Part shown: positions 54,171 through 64,000 of the stretch, piece by piece | How positions within the stretch are numbered: position 1 is the stretch's first letter | Layout: the number at the start of each line of letters is the position of its first letter | Source of the DNA: Octopus bimaculoides | Lineage: Eukaryota | DNA length: 64,000 bases | Assembly: GCF_001194135.2 (NCBI RefSeq) | Contig: NC_068984.1 | Coordinates: 65,480,713-65,544,712, forward strand | Direction of reading: 5' to 3' | The notes under the pieces: generated by a model | The model's input: only the letters and a program-made list of their open reading frames with translations | Database searches by the model: none | What the model was told of the DNA's origin: nothing | Translations under genes and position numbers: made by a program

Positions 54171-54702
54171 TGATTAAGCAGTTCCACCTCTACTGCTAGA
54201 CACATTTTGTCTGCTATTGATATATTTCTCAAGACAAATGCAGCAGTTTCAAGGCATTCTACAGCATATCTCAGTTGATTATGATGTACAGAATGCTGTT
54301 CTGAACTAATACTACTACTGTCTCTTACAACAAATTTTATCTAACCTGTTGGCTAATTGTGACACTGGTGGTTTGTTAATCAGTATTTTTCTATATCAGT
54401 AAAGGTTAAATCTGTCTTAGCACATAGTTGCTGATATATGTTTGTTATTGATGGCATTCTAAAAAGAATAAATATGTATTTAACCATTTCACCAGAGCCG
54501 TTCAACACTATTCATCATCTACCGATATATATCTGCAATTTTTTGCACACGATACATCTATATGAGATGCTTTCTTGACATGAAAACAGTAGTCAGAAGG
54601 TTTTCTACAGCATATCTGAGTTATATGACAAAATGCTATTTTGGATTGATACTGCTTCCACAGTAAACAAATATACATGTATGTGTGTGTGTGTGTGTCT
54701 GA

Positions 54703-54764
<62 letters not shown>

Positions 54765-54871
54765 GAACATACACATAGATAAATAGGTAGATAGATAAAT
54801 AGAGAGAGAGAGAGATGTGTGTCTTTTAATATATACATATGTATGTATACATATACATGTGTGTACATATA

Positions 54872-54873
<2 letters not shown>

Positions 54874-54917
<44 letters not shown>

Positions 54918-54931
54918 GTAATGATGATGAT
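54874..54931. repeat. (GAT)n microsatellite
   Basis: Direct reading; source of the poly-D/poly-I pseudo-ORFs. Confidence 0.95.
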
Positions 54932-55559
54932 GGCCTTAATGTGATATGTGAAAAAGGAAAACTTTACGTTTATATAGTAAAACATTTATATAGATTACTA
55001 TTACAGGAAGACAAGGCAGACATTTGCAATAATAATGAGTCTTTTTTTTGTCTCATATCTATCACAATTTAACCATCAATTTTTTTTTTTTTTTGCATGT
55101 GCACAAGTGTATCAAGAAATTAATGGTGAAAATATAAATATAAATCATATAAGACATTTACAAGTGGTAATATAGGACAGTGGGGAAAAAAATGACAAAA
55201 ACCTCATGTCTATTGCATTTGCAGGTAACTGTGCTACTGATTATTATACAACATAATGTCCACTGTGTCTTCCTGTCACATTAAACTATATAAATATTTT
55301 AGTAGTATAAAGTCACAACTTTACTTCACTACATAATACATTAGGGTCACACATAGTTTTGTAGTCAACTTGCTCTGTTGGAGCGTTGATACTTTTGCTG
55401 TCCTTCTTTTTAGAGCCTGTGTTCCATATAAATATGTGTGTCTGTGTGTATATGCATGCATAAAGACTGATGGTACAAGCACTACACCAGGACAATATAA
55501 TGCATACATACATACATAAATGCTTACACACACACACATACATACACACATAGACAGAG

Positions 55560-56040
55560 GTAAGTGAAATAAACATCAGAGATGCTTTGCTCCGAAACAG
55601 TAACTGCAGGAACCACTCAGAGGTTTTACAAGCTCTTCTAAATTTATTGCAATGCTGGAACCCCTTCTGTATTGTCAGCAGGTATCTCAGAGTCTCAAGG
55701 ATTTCACCCTTTAGCCGGTACACTTCACCTAAGTGGAGCAGTGAGAACTCAGCTATTCTTCAACTATGGAAGTGTTCCACTTGTAGTTTCTTCTTATCAA
55801 ACATTGCCATTTTGAGCTAGTTTGAGCTGCCATGCCTTTTTTTCTTGATGGCTTTCTTCAGTTGTCTGTGTTCCAGACCTATCTTCTGCAGGAACACATG
55901 ATCAAGATCGAAAGCCACATCAGCTAACTTTAATAGGTTGCATGCCAGATCTTGACAAGGGCCTTGTTGACTGTGTCCTGATATTTTAATTTCTTTAGCT
56001 GGCAGAAAATATCAAGTCCATCCTCCCAGGGCACTGTAAG
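55560..56040 (-). pseudogene. decayed coding-like segment of unknown origin (TE or pseudogene)
   Basis: Higher-GC island with long minus-strand frames broken by stops and frameshifts: LTVPWEDGLDIFCQLKKLKYQDTVNKALVKIWHATY / KLADVAFDLDHVFLQKIGLEHRQLKKAIKKKRHG / MAMFDKKKLQVEHFHS*RIAEFSLLHLGEVYRLKGEILETLRYLL. Confidence 0.35.
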
Positions 56041-56318
56041 TTATATACACACCGAGGCTTCAGTTGGCTCAAACCTATAGTAGAAGACACTTGCCCAAGG
56101 TTCCATGCAATGGGACTTGATCAACAAGCTTCATACAACATAATGTATGTATATGTATCTGTGTATGTGTGTGCATGTGTGTGTATGTATGTATGTATGT
56201 TTTTCTCGTCTACGTTTTGTTTGCGATGTCCTGTACCCAGATATGCACCTATACATACAGGTGGATGTCGGTACACACATACCTGTACGTATATATGCAT
56301 ATACTCATTTACTATTTG

Positions 56319-56375
<57 letters not shown>

Positions 56376-57713
56376 ATGTATATATACATATATATACATG
56401 TATGTGTGTGTATACACACACACACATATTTACACCTGTGTATTTGTGTCAATGTGTTTTATCCACCAAGGTTTATGAAGCTGAGGTCACCCCGAGGTCA
56501 AGCATATTGTCAGAGACAATTAAAAGGGGTAACAATCAGGAAAGAAATCTGGTAATAAAACACTGCCTCATAAAGTTCTGTTCAACCCACATCAGCCTAG
56601 AAAGCAAATGTAAAAAATGATAGTGGTGGTGTTCTGCATCAATGTGTGAATGTGTGTAGGTCGCTTTGCATGAATGTTTGTGTATGTATAATGTAGAATT
56701 ACATCTCCTATCACATGGCACAATAACATGCTATGATGATGCACATGGTTTGTGCATATGAAGAATGATAAGAGTGCTAAAAAGGGCTTGAAGGAGTATG
56801 GAATGGTGAGTAACAAAAGAATGCCATTGTCTAAATAAGATGTGAATGAATAGCATTACAATACACAATTCAAATTTCAAATTTTAAAATATTCAACAGT
56901 CTACAAATAAACAAATAAACATTTAAAACAAATACCGAGTTAATTTTTCAGTAGTCTAGACATTTTGAATGTATTACAAGAGAGCAATGACAACTTTTCA
57001 GTTATACAAAAGACATAAGATTTTAATCATACGTAATCTTAAACACATATATATCCAGTTCCCTGCTTTGAAACAAACATCTTATCAGAAAACAAGAATA
57101 TTCTAATAAAGCCAATATTGATCTGATGATCTGATTATAAATATTACAGCTTAACATGAAAGAACATTCAACTGGAATTTGAACTTTGAAATCAATTGCC
57201 TTCTGAGTTATTTTTATTTTATCTCTCTTATATTGTAACTAATAACACGTACATGTAATTTACTTTTAAGTAGAAAGGATTATATAGTTATTATTAAAAT
57301 AAAAACTGTTTTGACTACAAATTTATAACCCAATATTTTTGAATACTTACTACACTTAACCATTTGAACATGGAGAGACTACAAAATGTGTTTAATATGT
57401 GTGTTTAATATGTTTCGAGCAAGAAACTCTCAAACACATAATTAACAGAAATGGGGAGCGAATATTTTTCAGGATCATTTCTCCTAATGGTAATATAAAC
57501 CTGAGAACTAAGAGTACATTATTCACAACAGATTGCCACTTAATTACAAATTATTTTGAAACTGCAATTTTTAAAATAAAAATATGTATGTTATGTCATT
57601 AATGTGCTATATCCAAGAATACAATATAATTTACACTAACATTTGTGAATGATATAAGGAGAGGGACTTTGTCCCTTGACAGATTAAAATTTGATAAATA
57701 CTGAAAAGATGAC

Positions 57714-58023
57714 TGGTCAGAAATGCTAAAATTGAACTAAGACACTAAATAAAAGAAAAAAAAGAACATTTACATACTCTATGCACAGATATATATTACT
57801 CAGTTTAATGGTCACTTTAATGGTCAGAAATGCTAAACTTGAACTAAGAGACTACATAAAAGAAAAAAAGAAACATTTACATACTCTATGCACAGATATA
57901 TATTACTCAGTTTAATGGTCACTTTAATGGTCAGAAATGCTAAAATTGAACTAAGAGACTACATAAAAGAAAAAAATTTACATACTCTATGCACATATAT
58001 ATATTACTCATTTTAATGGTCAC
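57714..58023. repeat. 107-bp tandem repeat x3
   Basis: Units begin tggtcagaaatgctaaa at 57714, 57821 and 57928 and are nearly identical. Confidence 0.95.
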
Positions 58024-58799
58024 CTGATGAGACAAAGATGTATCAGATATGACAATACTACTTGATCTCCCTTCCAAACAGTATAAAGTTCTACCTTATC
58101 GAAAATATCCTTTCGTTTTTTTAATTTTTTTTTTGTCTTTTTTTAAGCAATAGACAAATGTTTAGCTGGCATTTTTAGCTGTTTGGTTAAATTACCATTT
58201 TTATTTCTTTGGAATACAGATACAGAAGATGATTAAAATAGGATATATTGAGAAAGTTATTGCTAAAACAAAAGGAATAAGAGAATGCATCCAATAAATT
58301 CTGTTTTGAGTATCTCAACAACTCACCAAAAGAATCAAATTTCAAATAAAGATATGCACTTTTAGAAATAAATATGGGCATCTAATATGGATATCATTTT
58401 AATTTAGAATTTTTTACTTTTTTATCTAGGTTTTCCTGGTAACTTGAATTACAATGACTGTAATTTTTTGTGAAATTCTCATTTTCCAATAGAGATAAAG
58501 CATACTTAAGTAACAGATGTTAGCTAACACTATACTGAAATTTAGAACAGGCAAATAGTAGAAAATTTCATGTTAGAAAGATATTCAAAAAAGGAGAAAT
58601 TGAATATAATTGAATAAAATTCTGTCATATATTGAGATTGATTTTGAAATTGGACAAAGTTATACTGATTAAACTGAAATCTATTTGTGTGTCAAATACA
58701 GTACAACATAAAAATAAAGTAAACTATATTAAATTATGCCATAAATTATCAGTTTTTATAACAGGATTTTAATATTATATTTTATTTACTTTTTTCTAG

Positions 58800-58853
58800 G
58801 TTAATCTTATGGCAAAATTCCAACCCAAATCAGATCATCTGCAACCAAAATTC
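58800..58853 (+). CDS. candidate exon (54 nt), VNLMAKFQPKSDHLQPKF (phase 0-0) or LILWQNSNPNQIICNQN (phase 2-2)
   Basis: Strong acceptor tttatttactttttttctAG, donor TTC|GTAATG. Confidence 0.3.
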
Positions 58854-59229
58854 GTAATGTTACAGACAATTTTATAGGAAATAACAATTTTTAATGCTTA
58901 AAAATTGATCTAAAATATTGACACCCAAATATTATATATATCTATATATATATATCTATATATATATATCTATATATATATATTATTGATATTATTAAAT
59001 CATCAAGAATGCATTGTCAACAATGTTGATGGAAATGTTGCAAAATAACATAATACTTATACTAACCTTTATGAATTGTGTAATGATAGGGGTGATGATT
59101 TAGAAATCTGGTGAAAATAAAGATGATAGCATATAAACAGAATCATTCAAGAGCTGCAGTTTTGTACTACATACTCTGCTAATCATCTTGTCAACAACAA
59201 CAGCAGCAGCAGCAACAACAACACCGTTT

Positions 59230-59448
59230 CTAATTTAGGCATAAAGCCAACAATCCTGTGGGGAGTCAGAACAGTTAACACCATTGATCCTAGTACTTGA
59301 CTGGTACTTTATTTAATTGGCCTCAGAGGGAATGAAAAGAAGGCAAAGTTGGCCTCAGTGAGGTTTGAACTAAGATTGTAAAGAGCCAGATGAGATACCA
59401 CAAAGTATTTCTTTTTGATGATCTAATAATTCTACATATCCACTACTC
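59230..59448 (-). mobile_element. SINE family C
   Basis: ttgactggtactttatttaattggcc..gaaggcaaagttggcctc..tttgaactaag. Confidence 0.7.
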
Positions 59449-60344
59449 TAATAATAATAGTAATTCTTTCTGCTTGGTATTATAGGTACAAGGTCTGAAA
59501 TTCTGGTGGAGGAATCTGGTCAATTACATCAACCCCAATGCTCATTTGGCACAGGAAACAAGAGAGACAAACTACTGGTCTGTGAGCTAGTGAGTGAAGC
59601 ATGTGACTTAGTAAACCATTAGCAGCCAGTGCAATGGTTCTATTTTGTTGAGTCAATAAACCTTATTTTTGTAAAGGACAATGAATGTATTTAACTTCAT
59701 TATTTCACTTACATTAGCAACTCAAGACAGAAGAAGACAGTGTTGCTTTCAGTATGATTATACTCAGAATTATGAGTGATGCAAATAAAATCGCTAAAAC
59801 AGAAAATACAAAATTATTTAATGCTAGTCTTGGTTGATTTGAATATATATTAAAAGTATATACACAACCTTCATCCAAGTTGACACATGGAAAGTAATTA
59901 CTCCTTAAAAATAATTATACATTTCTGTATTTACTTTATTTTTTTAAGTTCCCCAAAATAAAACTCTACATTTGAATGATACATATGACAATACTTTAAG
60001 TATTGCAGCAGAGGTTTCTGATAAGGTGATACATTTGAACTCCCTCTTCAACAGAATCCATAATAAAAGTGCCAAAATAATGTAAAGCCAACCTCTTCAC
60101 CTCAGCTTTTTCTGCAAATATTAAATTGCAGATGTTTAAGCTAAACATGAATCACCAGTTTTGGAAACCCTCCTCAGAATAATAAATGAGTAGAAATTTT
60201 TTCTTAAAGAATATGAAAAGTATATAACTTTATAATTAGCAGCAAATGAGAAGTTGCTCTAAATTTATCAATATATGGTATAATTAGTCATATATTCATA
60301 TACACACATATTACCATATTTGTGTATATGTACTATGCAGAAAT

Positions 60345-60540
60345 GTATGACTTAGTGGTTAGGGTGTTTCACTCATTATTGTAAGATTGTGGTTCCGATT
60401 CTTGGACCAGGCAATGTGTAGTGTTCTTGAACAAAACACCTCATTTTACACAGCCCCAGTCCTCTCAGCTGGCAAAAAAGAGTAATCCTGCAGCAGACCA
60501 GCCTCATGAGCCTATGGCTCTGCATGGACCATTGATCCTT
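60345..60540 (+). mobile_element. tRNA-derived SINE with head type 2 and a different 3' end
   Basis: gacttagtggttagggtg..attgtaagattgtggttccgattc..gtgttcttgaacaaaacac..ctcagctggcaaaa; the head matches those of 140-436 and 47775-48095. Confidence 0.7.
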
Positions 60541-60559
60541 ATATATATATATATATACC

Positions 60560-60604
<45 letters not shown>

Positions 60605-60684
60605 GAGAGAGAGAGAAAGAGAGGAAGTGATATAGAAACAGAAACTGAGTAACAGAAATTTATAGATANNNNNNNNNNNNNNNN

Positions 60685-60727
<43 letters not shown>

Positions 60728-61221
60728 GAGAGAGAGAGAGGAGTGTTTGCGTACATACACCTCCACACACACATGTGCATGCATTATTAGATATGCATAC
60801 ATATATATCTGTGAGTGCGTGTATCTTAATATATATATAAATATATATGTGTGTTTGAGGGTGCATACTTATATACATATATTAGCCACATCATATAGCA
60901 CTTCATGTAACCATCTATAATCTAAAATGACAATATCGCACGTTTTCCTCATTGATAAATGTGTTCTGTAGCCTAAGAATTTAATTATTATCAGATTTAC
61001 TTTTCACAGTGAATATATTATTCACCAGGAAGTTCTTTCTCAGAAAGAATCTTCAGTATTTCAATGATGGTAACTAAAACTATTTTATTAGATATTTTCC
61101 AACATATATGAAGAAAATATTAACAGATGATATGAAATATGAAGCTGTTATTGCTGAAAGCAAGATAGATGTGTTTCTAATTCTTTCTTTCCTTTTCACT
61201 AATAAATATTTCTATGCTTCG

Positions 61222-61223
<2 letters not shown>

Positions 61224-61282
<59 letters not shown>

Positions 61283-61303
61283 AATAATAATAATAATAAT
61301 AAT
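61224..61303. repeat. (CAA)n(TAA)n microsatellite
   Basis: Direct reading. Confidence 0.95.
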
Positions 61304-61737
61304 CATATAAGATCACTATTCCTGGATCTTAGATGCAATAACTAATTTTCAGTTTAAGCTGTAACATTTTTTTATGTTTTGTGGGATTGATGAATCTACA
61401 AATTCAGACATTTGCATACAATTCTTCATATAAAGTGAACCTGGAATAGGAGCATTATCCAAGAGACAATGTAATAGTAGCAATAAGGTACTAACTTCAA
61501 ATATACAAACCATGCACTAAACACTAAATTCAGTTTACTAGAAAAGCTACAATAATGTTATTTACAATATTGAAAAGTGAAAGAAGATGAATTAGTGAGT
61601 TATGCTGGTTAATAATCCAAAAATGTGATTTGTTTTTTTGGTAACGCTTATAAATTGGTTTGAAGTAAATTCAACTAAAATCTACATTCAAATACACTTC
61701 CTAAAATCAGTGATAAAATAATGCCATCAATGTGTGT

Positions 61738-61785
<48 letters not shown>

Positions 61786-62203
61786 TTACATGGTTATATA
61801 GACAACCAGTACTAAATACTTATTCAATACAAGTAAGTATGCATAACAAGAGGGATATAAAACCAATCAATTACAAACAACTAGTGGTCTGTCTCATTAC
61901 CAACTTCTTAATAATTTATCAATATTTTGAACTAATGATCAAAACTGAGAAATATCACCTTTCTAGCCACAGAGTAAAACTATAATGCCTGAAGCATGCT
62001 TTAAGGGCCTACGATCTATATTAAAATCACAATATATTGACAGAAAATTTCTGGATGACATTTAATATATATTTTATGGTATTTTGGAGAAACTTTGGAT
62101 TTATAATATTGTTTATTATAAGTAGCAAAACAGAGAACATAGTTTACAGTACATGAAAAATACTTAGATTTAGATTTATGAATAGAGAAACACATACTTT
62201 ATA

Positions 62204-62307
62204 GATGATGATGATGACGAGAAGGAGGAGAAGGAGGAGAAGAAGAAGAAAAAAGAAGAAGAAGAAAAAGAAGAAGAAGAAGAAGAAAAAGAAAAAGAAG
62301 AAGAAGA
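62204..62307. repeat. (GAT)n/(GAA)n purine tract
   Basis: Direct reading; source of the poly-R/K pseudo-ORF 62205..62483. Confidence 0.95.
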
Positions 62308-62324
62308 ATTATGTTGGAATTATG

Positions 62325-62710
62325 TTGTTGTTGGCACTCCAACGCTTACGATGTCAAGGGTTCCAGTTGATCCAATCAACGGAACAGCCTGCTCGTGAAA
62401 TTAACGTGCAAGTGGCCGAGCACTCCACAGACACATGTACCCTTAACGTAGTTCTCGGGGATATTCAGCATAACAGAGTGTGACAAGGCTGGCCCTTTGA
62501 AATACAGGTACAACAGAAACAGGAAGGATGAGTGAGAGAAAGTTGTGGTGGAATAGTGCAGCAGGGTTCGCCACCATCCCCTGCCAGAGCCTCGTGGAGC
62601 TTTAGGTGTTTTCGCTCAATAAACACTCACAACGCCTGATCTGGGAATCAAAAACGTGATCCAATGACCGCGAGTCCGCTGCCCTAACCACTGGGCCATT
62701 GCGCCTCCAC
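62325..62710 (-). mobile_element. SINE family B (head type 1), near full length and relatively young
   Basis: Minus head gtggaggcgcaatggcccagtggttagggcagcggactcgcggtcattggatcacgtttttgattcccag with A-box and B-box-like motifs; CpGs retained. Confidence 0.9.
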
Positions 62711-62902
62711 CATTGGAATTATATACCAATAGAATATAAAAACAAAAGAGAAAAACATGCTGATTTTGCTTTATACAAGTGTTTGATTCTTCAAATAGAA
62801 TGATGTAAATCTTAAGGACAATATCAGTCCCAAATAAAACAAAATGTCAACAATTGAGAACATACTTCAAGGCTTTCTAAACCCTCATTGCAATCATCTT
62901 AT

Positions 62903-63270
62903 TTCTGTGTTAAGTAGCTTGCATACCAACCACATGGTTCCGGGTTCAGTCCCACTGCATGGCATCTTGGGCAAGTATCTTCTACTATAGCCTTGAGCCA
63001 ACCAAAGCCTTGTGAGTGGATTTGGTAGATGGAAACTGAAAGAATCCCGTCATATACATATATATATATATATTTATCTGTGCGTGTCTTGTCCTCCCAC
63101 CATCGCCTGACAACCAATGTTGGTGCACTTACAGTAATTTAGCAATTCAGCAAAAGAAACCAATAGAATAAGTACTAGGCTTACAAAAGAATAAGTCTGG
63201 GGGTCATTTTGTTTGACTAAAGGCAGTGCTCCAGCATGGCTGCAGTCAAATGACTGAAACAAATAAAAGA
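62903..63270 (+). mobile_element. SINE family A, near full length
   Basis: Head, core, internal (AT)n and tail as in 34771-35180. Confidence 0.9.
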
Positions 63271-63461
63271 AAAAAAGAATAAAAAAATACATATGTATAT
63301 GGAAAAAGGAGGTTGTCAAAATTTTGGATAATTCTTTACTAGCACATTTGTCTCTTTCATGGAGACTCCATTTGAGGATTTTCCATTTAAGATGAAGGTG
63401 CTAATAAAGAATTATCCAAAATTCTGACTACCTCTTTTTTCTTAATATACAAAATCTGTAC

Positions 63462-63675
63462 NNNNNNNNNNNNNNNNNNNNNNNNNNNNNNNNNNNNNNN
63501 NNNNNNNNNNNNNNNNNNNNNNNNNNNNNNNNNNNNNNNNNNNNNNNNNNNNNNNNNNNNNNNNNNNNNNNNNNNNNNNNNNNNNNNNNNNNNNNNNNNN
63601 NNNNNNNNNNNNNNNNNNNNNNNNNNNNNNNNNNNNNNNNNNNNNNNNNNNNNNNNNNNNNNNNNNNNNNNNNNN
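63462..63675. other. assembly gap (214 N); smaller gaps at 19150-19172, 22715-22741, 51140-51149, 53209-53218, 60669-60684
   Basis: Runs of N in the sequence. Confidence 1.
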
Positions 63676-63825
63676 AAGGCTTGTTTTGTTTGTGCTTTTC
63701 CCTCCGGTTTTTTGTTCTATGTGTGCCATAAATATCGCCATCCGTTTTAGAGAAAAATTTGTAGTTTAGAGTCAGTAGTTCTTTGACTGCTGTTTCTGAA
63801 TTTTCAGTATGTTGGAGAAGCAACT
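63676..63825 (-). mobile_element. possible LINE ORF1 remnant next to the assembly gap
   Basis: ENSETAVKELL..GDIYGTHRTK weakly resembles CR1/L1 ORF1 E..E..V..L...DI.RAHR.G. Confidence 0.3.
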
Positions 63826-63848
63826 CAATTGCTAATCCCTTATATTTA

Positions 63849-63884
<36 letters not shown>

Positions 63885-64000
63885 CATAATACACACATAT
63901 GCATAAACAATTACACACACGTTCGACTCCATCAGTTTATTTATAATGTATTCTCCCTAGTAGTCCATCCTTCATAAATTCTTATCATGAAATTTCAGTA

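Noticed and set aside
55880-56000. KIWHATY resembling actin KIWHHTFY
   Set aside because: Flanking residues and spacing do not match actin. Treated as coincidence.
27780-58023. 35-bp and 107-bp repeat arrays as CRISPR-like arrays
   Set aside because: Head-to-tail tandem units with no unique spacers, in a eukaryotic context with no cas genes.
5513-61985. Dozens of ORFs rich in YI, HT, VC or CM dipeptides, plus poly-D, poly-K/R, poly-L and poly-S ORFs
   Set aside because: They are translations of (AT)n, (CA)n, (GT)n and trinucleotide microsatellites, open on both strands, with no protein-like complexity.
62640-62710. tRNA-like sequence with A/B-box-like motifs
   Set aside because: It is the head of a SINE continuing into a multi-copy body. 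No complete cloverleaf is evident.
140-62710. All four family B SINEs lie on the minus strand
   Set aside because: Four copies are too few to infer an orientation bias (1 in 8 chance that all four share a strand).

Overview
AT-rich eukaryotic (metazoan) genomic DNA from a gapped, apparently short-read scaffold, with six N-gaps that mostly sit in or beside microsatellites. The very dense (AT)n/(AC)n/(ATAC)n microsatellites and the tRNA-derived SINE families look like octopus (coleoid cephalopod) DNA; that assignment is inference from recognition, not a database result. Most of the window is intron-like or intergenic. It holds many SINE copies, decayed RTE and L2/CR1 LINE fragments, Penelope-like remnants, a Helitron helicase remnant, a hAT deletion derivative with a perfect 8-bp TSD, a mariner-type MITE and piggyBac-like ends. 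Nearly all ORFs in the supplied track are microsatellite or TE artefacts. A set of short + strand segments with canonical splice sites and compatible phases (2549-2611, 3114-3181, 5293-5328, 11130-11213, 22375-22466, 33128-33199, 34303-34345, 35349-35369, 58800-58853) may be exons of one large, unidentified gene. The most striking structure is a near-perfect 594-bp palindrome (11835-12428) with a template-switch-like inverted-triplication junction, nested in older inverted repeats. It may be real or an assembly artefact. No rRNA, genuine tRNA or CRISPR array was seen.
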